A DNA stretch of 64,000 bases, taken from positions 34,534,001 to 34,598,000 of the forward strand of contig OX597823.1 of NCBI GenBank assembly GCA_951406725.2, written 5' to 3'. Source of the stretch: Octopus vulgaris (taxonomy: Eukaryota). The translations under genes were made by a program, and so were the position numbers. The notes beneath the pieces were generated by a model. The model saw only the letters and a program-made list of their open reading frames with translations. It had not been told where the DNA came from and did not search any database. Within the stretch, counting starts at the first letter, position 1; every line of letters starts with the position of its first letter. Positions 27,321 to 40,923 of the stretch are shown here, in pieces.

Positions 27321-27522
27321 ACGGGGTTTATGCGAAAAGGTTGATGAGTAATTTAATAGCTTTCATTTATGAATTTCCATCCTCCCATGGGTTGAAGCTT
27401 GGTGAGTAGACGGATTAATTTTCCAAACATGAGCCCGGAAATTTCATTGATACACCCCAATACTCTACTGAAACCTCTCGCTTCAATTTTATGTCCGGCG
27501 ATTCATTTGACATTAGCACTTA

Positions 27523-27580
<58 letters not shown>

Positions 27581-28739
27581 ACACACATATATATATATCA
27601 GCATTGAAACACAATAGATAACGTTAGAAATTGTTGTTCGCTGTATAAACCTCGGCTGGATTTAAGTTAATAAAAAGAACTTCCAAAGACGTTCGTCAGT
27701 TAAGTGGAATGTAATATCTTCAGATGATTGTTTCGTTTTACTCAGAAAAAAAACATGACTTGGGTTTGTTTCCAGAGGGCGGTGACATCTTCTTCCCAAT
27801 TGTGCCAATGTTGCAGATTTAAGAAAAGGAAAACATCACGTCAGCAAAAGGTTATGACATCGGTGAGGGTGATAAAAGTGCGAAACGACGATAAAGCCGA
27901 GTTAAAATCATTGATAACAGCCAGTGTATTGCTAGCAGTGTAAAGTGATCCGAAGCATTCACTTTTTAACTAACGTTTTACAGGCTTAGGTCATCATGAA
28001 TATATATAAGGTTAAATATGAATATTTAAAGAGATAAGTAAATATAAACATATAAAATGCCGACAAAACATTTCTGTTAATCTTTCTCTAACCTGTGTTA
28101 TTTCTTTCTCCTTCCAGTAAAGTCATTTCATTTTTTCCCTTATCAATCATACCACTAACATCATTGCCCTCCCATCTTTTATGATTTCATACGTTCCTTC
28201 TCTTCATTTATCTTGTTTTGTTTTCCTTTTTGTCAACCAAGCAGTTGCCATTCTTCGCTCACACAGCCTCATTTCCCCGCCTCTTTCTTTTTCTCTCTAT
28301 CACATCATATATATATACAGTACTTTCCTCCAACTTCCCCTCATATCTCCCACTCTCTCATCAATCATCAAATACTATCAGTACTTCCTTGTAACTTTGA
28401 TATGATCGCCCTGCGTTGCGCAATTCTCTAGATAGGCTCTCCAGTTACTTGTTAAACCCCGAGGAGAGAAAACTAAATACCCAGTCAACTTAGATGTCTT
28501 GACTACACCCTAGAAGACGACTTTCCATCAAAAGCACCAATACTATAAATAACAGCCTCTGCAAATAGAAGCTGCCTTCTATAGGGTTGCCCACTAAAAT
28601 ACTAAATGAAATTATACATTCGTCGTCATCGTCACCACCACTACCACCACCACCGCAAACAACAACAACCACAGCGACAATTACATTAACTATTGGTGTT
28701 ACTTTTTGATGCCCCTGTGGCAAATAAAAAAATCATTAT

Positions 28740-28890
28740 TCGCTTTCTCTGGAATGGATACGTTCCACTAACCAAGCGTTCCATTTGCAGTTGGCACTCG
28801 CTGAGAGGAGGACTGAGCCTGTCGTGGCTAATGATGCGCAGTCATGTGCTCAGGCTGCCGCATCTCCAGCATTTCCTTGACGGGGTAGGC
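28740..28890 (+). mobile_element. Tx1-like LINE fragment
   Basis: RFLWNGYVPL..GGLSLSWLMMR..LQHFLDG matches 38155-38297. Confidence 0.7.
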
Positions 28891-30184
28891 AGGTTGTCGC
28901 TTGTCAAAGCATTTTTTCCAACTCGTCTCGACCCCTTCCCTAAAACTTCAGGTTTTGTGCCTAGAGCAGAAAGGATTATCATGGCTATAATTACTGTAAT
29001 TATTTCGTGGTTTGAGAAACGCAAGAACTTTTCTCTCTACAAAAAAATTAAACATCTTGGCGAATACGTATTCGCGTTTTGAAAGGTGGTGGTGGTGGTG
29101 GTGGTGGTGGTGGATTGGTTCGCATCTTTAGAGGGTCTGACAATATACCTTGTGATATTGGTTTCGACTTTTTTACGTTCGGTGTTCAAACATCGCCGAG
29201 ATCAAGTTTGCTTTCATTATACCAGAGTCGGCGAAAATATGGTACTAGTTATGTTATGGCGCTGATTTTATCGATTAAACCCGTCACACCCAGATTCTTA
29301 TACAAAATTATTGTTATAATAATTTTGTTCTGAAAAACAATGCCATCGCACATGAAATCCTCGATAGACTTTGGCTGGTGAGGTTTCCGTTGTTTTTATT
29401 CACAAATGTAATATGGCGGTACAATTGATGACAAGTCTGTAACCAGATACAATGTAGGGACACAGCTTACCTAACAATCAACAGGTACAATAGAGAAGTA
29501 CAACTGATTACTGACGACTGTAAATAGATATTCGTTGGCATTTGCCATCTTCGGTCGCACAAATTGCTATTAATATTCTCCGCCAAGGAACTCTGCCAAG
29601 ATTTCATCCTCTTTTTAAACCGCGAAACGGGTTTTATGACCATTCCCCAAATCCCCTGTTTTTGATACCCACCTGAAACTGTCTCGGTCCTATGAAATAA
29701 AATTCCTGTTTTAAAGTGAACTAAATTTAAACCTTCTATCATAATTTCATGTTAATTCATATTCCAAATCCCATCTTAATAACTACAATGTTATTTTACT
29801 AACCTGTTCTTTATTTTGAAAATTGATTGAAGCAAAAGCAGTGTATTTCATTAAAAATATAGCAACGAAACGGTTAAAATAACTAGTGCACATCTGAAGA
29901 GGAGAGGTGCAGGTATAGGATATATTCTATATGTCGCCTCTCCTACCAATGTTTTAGCTGACAGAGATGGCCACAAACGGACACTGTCGCCAGCTTTACT
30001 CTTTCGAACGAGGAAGTTAAAAATATCGTTGCCATATCACTGACACACAACTCAATTTCCGCCGCCCCTAGCAAGCAAAGTGAAGCTAGAGTTTCATCAA
30101 TCAATTCCTCGGAGACATTCCAATATAACCAAGATGGCAACTACACGAAGAACAACAACAATAGCAACACCCTTAACAACGATA

Positions 30185-30400
30185 ATAATGGTTTCGAATT
30201 TCGGCACAATACCGGCAATTTCGGGTGAGGGGTTAAGTCGATTACATCGACCCCCAAATACCAGACTGGTACTTATTTTATCGACCCTAAAAGGATGAAA
30301 AGCAAACTCGATCTTGGCGGAATTTGAACTCAGAACGTGAAGCCGGACGAAATGCCACTAAGCGTAATGCCCGACGTGCTAACGATTCTGCCAGCCCCCT
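30185..30400 (-). mobile_element. Deu/Nin-domain SINE monomer
   Basis: Same core; further copies at 21060-21220(-), 48032-48183(+), 51128-51331(+), 51541-51702(+), 51720-51930(-), and degenerate ones at ~8280-8470, ~29100-29320, ~52040-52235. Confidence 0.8.
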
Positions 30401-30892
30401 GCCTAACGACAATAACAATAACAACAGCATCACCACCACCACCACCGTCACCACCACAGCCAACATTAACTACAACAACACCAAAAGTAAAGCAAACACC
30501 ACCAATAAAATGTATTTTCTCAATCCTTTTCGTGACTGTAATATATTGTTTCCTGATATAGAGAAATGCTTATTATTGTTTGCTTCCTGTTACAATTATT
30601 TGTTTAAAACTATTTTTCTAGTCCTACTATTGTTATTTTGTAGTAGTTTTCTATTTGTAACAGTCTTTGTTCCCCTTTGAATGCGGAGAGGTTCAGAAAT
30701 CCACTTAACTTCCTGTTTTTTAAGTTGAAGCTGTGGTTTATAATTGAGATAGACATCGTATTAATACTATCATATTTCTTGTATCGAGTCTGTTATGCGA
30801 ATTAATACTATGCAAATTCTGCTATGATTTGAGTGACTTCTCTTCATATAAAGGGCATGCGTATTTGATGATCACAGAGAGAGAGAGAGAGA

Positions 30893-30941
<49 letters not shown>

Positions 30942-32009
30942 ATTTTGAATAACATACGTTGAATCGAGAATATCGTGTCTTACTCGTAGTGTAAGTGATC
31001 CGAAACATTCACATTATATTCAAGTCATTCATATAGAAGAGATGGTTCGTATTTGTGCAGAGCATTAATAACAATCGGTGTTATTTTTCAACAGATTTGT
31101 TAATGAAGTCAGAGCTAAAGGGGAGAGGATGCTCCTTGACTGTTTCATCATATTTTGGGCATAAGATTAAGGGAGAGCATGTTTAACGTTTGGAGAGTAA
31201 GTTGATGACGACGACGACGATGATTATGGTATTAGCGGTGGTGACGGTGGAGATGTTGCTGCTGCTGATGATGATGATGCTGACGACGATGGCGACGATC
31301 TGGGTGGTAATATTGACGATGATTCAGATAATGACAACAACTAACCTGTCTGTAATAAAATAGTGATGACATTAGTTGGTGACACAATCTCAGACAATCC
31401 ACCGATGTGGTAGTTTATTACTGCATTCACGTGATTTAAGATTGATGGTATTTATCAATCAATTCTTTTATTCTTTTACTTGTTTCGGTCACTGGACCAC
31501 AGCCATATTGGTGGCGAGATTGAGGGTGCACAGCCTCGAAGAGCTTGCTCCATTAAATTGACCTCAGGACCTGTTTGGGGTTTAAGACTAATACTTGTAT
31601 CAGTCTCTTCTGCCGAACCGCTATGCGACGGAGACGTAAACAAACACATATTGTTGTCAAGCGGTGGGAGGAAGAACCAACATAAACAAACACACATATG
31701 TGTGTATGTATCTATATATCTATTTCTCTCTCCCCTCTTTCTCCCTCCTCTCTCTCTCGTACAGCTTCCGTCTACCAAATTCACCCACAAAGCATTGGCC
31801 AGCCCGGTCAGAGGCTATACATGAAGACCTCTACAACGTGTCGTGCAGAGGAACTGAATCCAGAACTACGTGACTGGAAAGTGCTCTTTTTAATAACGCA
31901 GCCATACCTGTTACTATTAATTAATATTAATTAATAATGTACAGAGGTAATAAAAAAAAATTACATCTGGTTGAAATATTCAACAGTGACATATAAAGTT
32001 TAATGACGT

Positions 32010-32560
32010 ATTTGACTGACTCCCTGAAAGGAAAAACTCATCTTAGATCCCAGATTTACAGAAATCACAAATCCTCAAAACTACAGACCCATAACATGTT
32101 TTCTTACAACACACAAAGCTTTAACTGAAATAATATTGCAGAAATTAGACAAAAATCTGAGGGAAGACAATCTGTTTCCAGAAGAGCAGAAGAAATATTG
32201 CAAAGGCTTATATGGCTTAAAGATCAATAACTGATCAATGAAACTGTAATTAAAGACTGCCGAGGAGAAATCAAATGTGGGATGTGTGCTGAACATGGCA
32301 TGAATTGACTACCGGAAGGCTTTTGATAATACACCCCATACATAGATAGTGAAAATACAAGTCGTGAACAAGGCAGCACCAATAATAAGAAAATACATAA
32401 AACATTTTAAGGGTGAATGGTAAATAGTTTAGCAATTACAGAGAAAAGAGGAATTGTAAAAAATAAACCCATCCCATTTAGAAGAGGAATATTCCAGAGG
32501 GACGTTCTCACGCCATCCTTTTCTGACTGGCAGCTGCTTTGTTTACTTATCAGAACATGG
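32010..32560 (+). mobile_element. R4/Dong-clade RT fragment
   Basis: NPQNYRPITC, LFPEEQK, IDYRKAFDNTPH, RRGIFQRD with stops and frameshifts. Confidence 0.8.
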
Positions 32561-33277
32561 CTAAATTTTTATTTTTACAAAAATAAAGAGAGAGAAAGGA
32601 AGAATAATGAATCGATCTCATTTACATAGGTATAAACAGATTCAACTGACTTAACACCAAAATCTATTTAAAACATTGATAAAGGGCAAATACCCTGAGA
32701 CTAGTCTGTAGATGCCAGACCAGCAAGGGAAAGCGGCTGAACTCCCCCGTTCGAAGGTTATAATGGACACAGGTTCGTGTGTCATGTAGCTAGCTAGAGG
32801 CGATGGTCTCTTGGAGCTAATCAATGGCAGCATTCGTCCTATTTTTCTGGACTGCCATGTTAGCTTGGCGATAACTATTAATATCCAGTACCGCTACCGT
32901 AGTCACCTTTAGAGAGACTTAGAAATATTAATATTTCTATCAATTTAAAACAATAGGACAATATAATCTATTTTTCATTTACTCTCGCCAAGAAAAGAAA
33001 TGTTAATAAGATTGAAAACGTGTGGGAAAGAGAAATCGTCATATTTAATACAATTAGATATGACAATATTATAGCGAAGAAAGAAAGAATTACAATATGG
33101 ATGTAAACTTTATTTTCTCATTAAATAATGAGAGGAGGAGTAAAAATATTTCACTAATATTTTTTTGTTAAAGAGGAGTGGCGCTGGTATTTGCTAGTTT
33201 AGAGATCGCTGAATTAAATGGATTCTAAATCTTGAGAAGTTGTGCTGTTATTGCTGTTGTGTTTGCTGTTACTCACG

Positions 33278-33350
<73 letters not shown>

Positions 33351-34099
33351 TCCTATGTTGTTCCATCGCTTTATGGCAGAAATTATTCAAGTGACTTTCA
33401 CTGCCATATGTGCAAAAGCTGGTCTTTCTGCCCCGCACCACCTGCCGTATCGCCTTTCTTTAATAAAGAAATGAATTATTTTTTTCAACACGTAAATTAG
33501 TAACCTGACTAGTCAATGCAAAAGAATCCTCACCAAAACACGAACGCAACCAAACATGACCTTTAATGACAGCAAATATAAAAAAGACAAAAAAATTCAA
33601 ATTCTCTGCAGAATAAGCACATTTAACAATTTAACAAAATTATTTTTCTGTCAGAAAATAACATTATTTTGAACAATTTAAACGCTGTAATTAACGATGA
33701 CAACAGCAAGATAAATCTTTTGCTAAAGGAAAGAATAAGTAAGGGAAATTGAATTGGAGATTAAAGAATACAATTTCAACCCTTCGTTCGCTAACGCAAC
33801 CTCTATTAAACAGGTTCTGGACGTAAATAACCTGGTACACAAAATGTGAAGCTGACAGAGATATACAACAAAGGGTGGTGCGCCTCTGCATCAGTCTTTT
33901 GTCGAACATCGAGGGAGAAAAAGCTCGAAGGTGAGAGACACGTTTCTCATATACCGAGAAGAGCAATTTCAAGAAACTTTAACTGGTGTGTCGAACAATA
34001 TTTCCTCAGTCAGCTGTGGAAAAACGGACGGAACTACTCAAATATTATTAAAAACTGAAAACGAATATTTAAATTTCTTGTATGGAGTCCAGTCATTAA

Positions 34100-35256
34100 T
34101 ATTAGTCTGTCTCTTTTGTAGTGCATCGGCAAAAATTCCCCCTCCAGGTCTGTATGTTGACCTGTATTAGTCTCGTTTACTCTTTGTAGGCCGTGATTTC
34201 TACAGAGCTCCCAATGGATCATTCTTGCCACATTGTCATGGTGTCTTTGGTATTCGCGTTGTACCTATTTCGGGCATTCGCTGTCGATGTGCCATACCGT
34301 TTCACCCCCTCTCATCACACATTCTGTATTTGTCGCTATCGGTAGTGTTGTCTATTCTATATGAATATAGTTGGTCCTTAACGCTTGTTCCTGAGCTGCG
34401 CATATGAGTGCTTCTGTCTCTATCTTCAGGTCACTCCTCATCCATAGCCACCGGTCCATTGTATCTGTCTTGGTGTTCACACCTCTTGCAAACTGACCGT
34501 ACATTTTTTATCTTTCATGCATCCCCACCCCCCTTTTTTGTTAATTTCTTGTTTAAATTTTTCTTTAGTTACACAATTTTCAGTGATGACATCGGCCTTC
34601 TTTGTGTGTTTCCACGACATTTTTTATATACCACACTAATCTGTTTTCCTCTGCAACTGATCAAATCTCTCCCACCTTTTCTTCCAGAAAAGTACAGCCT
34701 ATCGGTGTCACTCTTAGTGTAGAAGACTCCATTTATTGTCAACATTTTTCTGGTCTTGGTATCCACTTTCTTAATTTCTCTCTTTTGCCATTTTATAATT
34801 CCTGCTCCATACCAAAGGGATGCTATCGCCCACGTATTAACTGCTTGGATTTCATTCCATCCAGTCAATTTTGAGCGCAACACCAGCCTCAGTCTTCGGA
34901 AATACTCCATCCTCAGTTGCTCTTTCTTTTCCATTTCCATTATCTCTTTGAACTCTAGTACACCAAGGTATTTGTATCCTTCCGTTTCAATTTGTTGAAT
35001 CAAGTCTCTATTTGGTAGTTCTATCCCTGCTGGGGACTGTACCTTGCCTCTTTTTAGGTAGATTATTCTGCACTTCTTGATTCCAAATTCAGTATTAAAT
35101 TCAGTATCAGTATTAAAACAGTGAACCGCGTTCACCTAGGAACTCACTTGTGTCTCATCCTTGTCATACAAATCATTGTTTCAAGTCATTCATGAAGAGG
35201 AGGCAGTTGATTGTTTGGGATTTTCCTTTCGTTGGTACCCAGGTTCATTTTCCTAT
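34100..35256 (-). mobile_element. R4/Dong-clade (RLE) non-LTR retrotransposon fragment
   Basis: EFGIKKC, YKYLGVLE, EYFRRLRLVLRSKL, AVNTWA, DTKTRKMLT, DRLY..RKGGR, then RHDNVARMIHWELC; abuts an (ATT)n tract, the known Dong-type target. Confidence 0.85.
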
Positions 35257-35261
35257 TATCA

Positions 35262-35314
<53 letters not shown>

Positions 35315-36277
35315 TGGTTTGACTCAGGTTCGGTCTTATTCCTGGTAGGATTTATGCGGGTAGCGGGTTACTACCTGCCAAAATTTTGTTTCCAAAAGTT
35401 TTTTATTGCTTATTTTGTTACTAAACATTTTTTAAAGCATCACCTTTGCATAGGTGGGTCGCTTTGTGTTGTTAGTGCCCCCACCCCACCCTTGGGGTCT
35501 GTAATCTCAAAATAATCGTTTCAAAATAATTTAAAAAGAAAATAAACATAGCGAAACCAGTAACAAAAGCAGCACCAATCCTGGCATCTACGGCATCAAC
35601 AAGAACATCATAACCAATAAACGAAGGAAAATCACCAACACCAACAACAACAACAATATCATCAACATCAGTCACAGCAGCAACACCCCTCCCTCTCTCC
35701 GTCTACTTCAAATCCCATCGACCCATGCCCTGATTTCACAGACTCAGATACATTGGCAACACAACGAAAATGAGGGGAACTACAAAAACCAAAAATAAAA
35801 GAAGAAAAAACGAAAAAGAATCACCAAAATGCATCAAGTCCCACATCAACACACAAAAGAACATAGAAAATACACCAACAACTGCCACAGACACTCCTAC
35901 AATATCACCAACCTCTCCAGCACCACAATCACAAACTTCGCCACCAACACAGTCCCAACTGCAACAACCGACCAAAAGAAAACACTCCCAACAGCATCAA
36001 GTTACTGCACAAACACTAAACTTCGTGCTAGTGAGGAGGTCAAATAAACAATTGATGGACCTCCTATCACGAAGCAAGGATGTCGTGGAAAAAGAGTGTG
36101 ATCTTTGGCACCAGCACATTTTAAGTGCAAGAAGCATTGGTGTTGGTGCGGATGCCTATAGAGGCACATATACTCATTAGGAAGAGCTTCCTGCAAGACG
36201 TGAGAACCCCTAATGTGAAGGCCACGAAAGGTAAGTAGACGCCGCTTTGTGTCTTCTTTAAATTCTGTCCGGTCATC

Positions 36278-39200
36278 ATGGAGTGTTTAAGAGTAGGTAG
36301 TATAAATGTTCGTGACCTGGGGTCGCCCTTGAAGCAGGGTCGCCTACTCAACGACCTCAGGTCACTATCTATGGATGTGACAGCCGTCAGCGAAACCAGG
36401 ATTTCCGACACACACGATTTAACCCCATTTTTTACTATTTCGAGATCTATGCATCTCTTAGTCGGCCTTGAATAGGAAACGGGGTAAAAGTGCCGTTTAG
36501 GAAAAACCTGGATCTCGAGATACGGACGATCTTCCTGGACGTTCCTGGACCCGGAATGTAAGTTAGTAGTCCTGGATGTGAATAGCAGTGAAGGTGGTGC
36601 TTTCAGACTAGCCATATTTCTTCAGACGTTTGGAGGTTTTCCTTGGGACATCTCGCTCTTTAGTTCTAGTGGGCGATTGGAACGCCATTTTGGATGCACG
36701 CCTGGATAGGGTGGGACTAGCCGATAGGAGAGGGGGTGGTGCAAAAGCCTCATAAATCTGCTCAGTAGTTTCCAGTTGGCTGACAAGTACCGACTGGACT
36801 TCCCTAATGCGCCAATGTGGACATTGGCAAACAACACAAGGTCTTCCAGATCGTATTTCGATAGGATATTCTGTAGGCCAGTAGGTAGAAATAGCATAGG
36901 TTGTCCACAGTTCAAAGTAGTCGGCTACACAGATCACAAATTTGTGCTCTGTACAGTCGACCTAGATAGGATCCATAGGCAAGGTCTCGGGTACTGGAAG
37001 CTAGTCCATCAGAAGTTGACAGGCGCAATCGCCAACAGCCGTTGCTGGATAGCCCTGAAAAGGGTTATTAGAGTAGAGGCAGTAGGATTTAGTGAAAAAC
37101 TAGGCTTAGAGGAATCTAGGATAGAGAGAGAGCTAGTTAGGAAGCTAGATGAGGCGCTTAGAAGCGGCATTGCGACTGACGTGATGGCGGTGAGATTGAC
37201 TCTTGATCAATTCTTCAATGCCACACCTTTCGGCCAGGGATGCTGAGTTCTGCGAAATGCCGACAACAGCCGAAGACATATGGGACGCGATGAAGGCCTG
37301 CACAAAAGAGAAGTCTCCGGGGCTGGATGGTTTGCTTTTCGAGCTTTATGCCAGATTTATTCGGTGATCTCTTGGAAGATGTCTACCACAACTGGAAACA
37401 GATCTGGAGAGCACTGTGAGCAATGGCGTGGTGATGCTGCTGAGAAAGAAGCCAAAGGAGCTAAATGCAGATTATAAAATTTTTGCCAAGGTGTTAGCCA
37501 AGGTGTTAGCCAAGGTGTTAGCCAAGGTGTTAGCCAAGGTGTTAGCCAAGAGGTTGGCGTTTGTCGTCGGTAAGCTGGTCGGTAACGCGCAGGCATGCGC
37601 TATTCCGAACAGATCTTTCGGTCATCTTTCGGAATCGTTTAGCATCGCTCACTCGGTCCATCAAGGATGCCCACTTTCTCCTCTTCTGTACGTGCTGGCT
37701 CTCGAGCCATTACTGAAGAAGTTGGATATTTCGAGGGGCATCCGGCCTGATCTAGGATGCGGAAGGTTCATGTCGGCTTATGCGGACGCTATCACTGTAA
37801 TCGGCTCAAATTTAAGACAGTACGAAGCGGTGACAGAAGCAAAAATTAATCAGGACGAGTCGGTGGGCCTGCAGCTTGGCACCTGGGGAAGCAGGTTCAT
37901 GCCAACCGATAGAGTAGTAGAGTGCTAGACGGAAGGACTGTTTAAATTGCTCGGGGTCTGGTTTGACCCGGACCTCCAGGTGGACAAGAATTGTGGAGAG
38001 GTGACGAGCAGGATAGCGAATCTCACCCAGATGTGAGCAGAGAGGAAAGGTCGGGTGGAGGTGGCGAATGCGTACATCGCTTCCGTCATCTACTACTACT
38101 CGATCGTCGTCCCTTGCCCTGTTTCATGGCTGACCAAGCTGGAGCGCTTATTCTTCCGCTTTCTGTGGAAGGGACGTGTTCCGCTCGTCAGACGATCCAT
38201 TTGCTGTCAGCCACTGAGTGGAAGGCTGGGTATGCCGTAGCTAATGATGTGCAGATACGCGCTGAGGTTGCAGCATCTCCAGCATTTTCTAAACGGTGAA
38301 CAAGTGTGATCGCTGTTTATCAAGCAGGATTTTCTGCAGCTCATCTCATTGACAAAGCTACAGTCCTGGATTAAGCGTAGATCAAGAAAGAGCGCTTGGA
38401 ACCTGGAGTGTCGGCAAGCGTTCACTACTCTCTGCCAGTCGGGAAACACAGTCAGTGGAAGTCCCACTACGGAGTTCTATAAGGGACTAGTGATGGGCAA
38501 GAGCGACGACGTCCTCGGGGAAACTCTGGGCATCGGGAGGGATCAAGTAACTGGTCTTTTCCGGAGGACTTTCGGGCCGGGGCCTATGGATAACTTCCAG
38601 AAATCTCTGGCCTGGCAATGCTACGGGAGAGTTCTGCCGGTTCGAGACAAGCTCTACAGACACGGAAGTGCTGTCAGACGGACATGTCTGAGGTGTGCGC
38701 AGGACGACGAAACCGTCATGTACGCACTCGTCCAGTGTCCGTGCAATACTGATTTGTGTAGCTTTGTCGAACAGCTGTTATCATGTGTAGGACGGATCCA
38801 GTTATCAGCCGAGTCCATCGTGAAGATCGCCCTACCGCCTTCCTTTGACTGGGAAAGAAAGGCAGTTTTCTTCTGTCTGGTGGCTATGGCGAAGGAGGTA
38901 GTGTAGTGAACGAGATTGAAAGGACTGAAGACTGATACTTTCTTCTTCGGTCAAGCCCTCATCGACTTTTTCTATTTGAAAAGGAAAGTGAGAGTAGAGA
39001 GGTAAGTCCTGCTCCTCAGTAAATTTGTTGAAAGGTGAGTGCATGTGGCGAGGATGGCCCGTGTGCTTGGGCCTACTCTGAACTTCCTTTGTAAACCGGA
39101 GGAATTGAGAAGGAGAGAGAGAGAGCTGCCTACTGAGATGCATCTGGCGGTCAGGATAACTAGAATGTGTGGGGTTCCTCGGTTGTTCCTGTGAGGAACT

Positions 39201-39345
39201 CCCTCCTCACTTTTGGGGAATCTTATTGTTTAACTGTATTGTTAATTGTTATTTTATTCGATTTTGTGTTAGATCCCACGTGTCCCCAGTTTTGTATTGT
39301 CCCTATTTGTTTTGTATTCGGCCCTTGTGGCCAATGAATAAACTA
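36278..39345 (+). mobile_element. Tx1/L1-clade LINE ORF2 pseudogene (APE endonuclease, RT, zinc finger), internally deleted and frameshifted
   Basis: VGSINVRDL..VSETRI, LVLVGDWNAILD, SRSYFDRIF, TDHKFV, GYWKL, KSPGLDG, LNADYKIFAKVLAKRL, VHQGCPLSPLLYVLALEP, AYADA, FLWKG, LPVRDKL..CLRC..DETV; 3' end GCCCTTGTGGCCAATGAATAAA then (ATT)n. Confidence 0.92.
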
Positions 39346-39525
39346 TTATTATTATTATTATTATTATCATTGTTAATTTTTTTTACCTTATCTCCTCCTC
39401 TCCTTTACTTCTCATATTTTTATGTAAGCCCCCAAACCAGTTGTAAACTGTTCTTGTAATATCACCCTCATCTGAAGCCCCTGTGGCAAATAAAAGAAAT
39501 CAACAGCATTATCACCAGACATATC

Positions 39526-39558
<33 letters not shown>

Positions 39559-40109
39559 TGATGCTGTTGTTGTTCTCCTTCTCAGCTATTTCTCATTTCC
39601 TTACGAACAGATTGTTGTTTACTTAAATGTGGATCGTTATGATAAACACGGTTTCCTCTTAAACCCCAGATAAACAGGCAGCCATCCCTAATACTGTTCC
39701 CTAATGTATACAGTGTCACCCATCTTTCAGTCAGTTTCGTATTTAGTGTTTGTTATCCCAGCCGTTTCCTCTACCCCGAGGACGATAAGGTTGTTTAGAA
39801 AACCTACAGAAGCTGATTTGATGAAAGCTTTGGTTGTTGCTTTTAATCTTTTCCATTTCATTGATAGAATGGGACCAAGAGACAAAGAATGGCGGCCGAG
39901 CAATTTTTTGACTTTGTAGGCTGACAACTCAACGCAAAACAACCCCCACCAAAACACGAACGAAACCAAACAAGATTTTACTGACAGTAAATACACGAAA
40001 GAGAAGAAAAATGAAATACGTGTTGAAGAAATAATTCATTTCGTAAATGAAACTTTTTTTCCTCCAAACTGAGAAAAGAAATGCAAGAAATAATTTGCCA
40101 ATATTTATG

Positions 40110-40520
40110 AAGATGTCGTGCAATTTCTTGAAAAGTGTCCATCATGCTTGTAGATTTCAGGCGGGGCAGCATTCGTGCCTGGTGCTTTACCAGAAGACAT
40201 TTATTTAACGGAGTTCACCACATCCAGGAAGGTTGGCTTCAGAGACAGTTCCGGTATTTCATACACACACACGCACACATTCTTTTATTCTTTTTCTTTT
40301 ATTGGTTCAGCCAGAAGTTGGGACACCGCCTTTCGGTGTTTTTGGATTTCCTTTCGATCTGCTTTTGGTGAAGAAGCGAGATGGACGAAGCTACTCTTCT
40401 TCGTGCCTCCTGCCATGATGTGGGTTCATCCAGGATTTGTCCAAGTGCTTTTTGAACGATTCCTCATCCACACCTTGCAGATCTCTTGGGTTCCTTGGTA
40501 AGACGTTAAACAGTTGTGAT
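40110..40520 (-). mobile_element. Short LINE fragments (RTE-like and CR1/Jockey-like)
   Basis: KAPGTNAAPPEIYKHDG at ~40135-40190; QLFNVLPRNPRDLQGVDEESFKKHLDK at ~40435-40515. Confidence 0.5.
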
Positions 40521-40549
40521 TCTTTGATTTATTGGCGATATATTGCTGA

Positions 40550-40875
40550 AACCTCCTTCGGTCATGAATGACCATGGGATTGCACCTACAAAGTTACCCT
40601 CCCAGGCACAAGTCCGGGCAAGGTTGTTTATGGAAGACCAGCAGTCGCCCATGCATACCAGCCACCCCTCTCCACGCCACTAGTGTTATCCAAGGGAAAA
40701 GCAAAGGCCGATACAGCTTAGCATCAGTGACGTCGCAACTCATTTCTACAGCTGAGTGAACTGGAGCCACGTGAAATAAAGTGTATTGCTCAAGAACACA
40801 ACACGCAGCCCGGTCTGGGATTCGAACTCACAACCTCACGATCGTAAGACGCTCTAACCACTGAGCCATGCGCCT

Positions 40876-40877
<2 letters not shown>
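40550..40877 (-). mobile_element. tRNA-derived SINE related to the 2515-2887 family
   Basis: Head GAAGGCGCATGGCTCAGTGGTTAGAGCG..GAGTTCGAATCCCAGACCGGG, body TGTGTTCTTGAGCAATACACTT..CCAGTTCACTCAGCTG. Confidence 0.82.

Positions 40878-40922
<45 letters not shown>

Positions 40923-40923
<1 letters not shown>

Noticed and set aside
35770-36180. Thr/Pro/Gln-rich ORF upstream of the Tx1 ORF2
   Set aside because: Derived from degenerate (CAA/CAC)n low-complexity sequence; no ORF1 motifs recognised.
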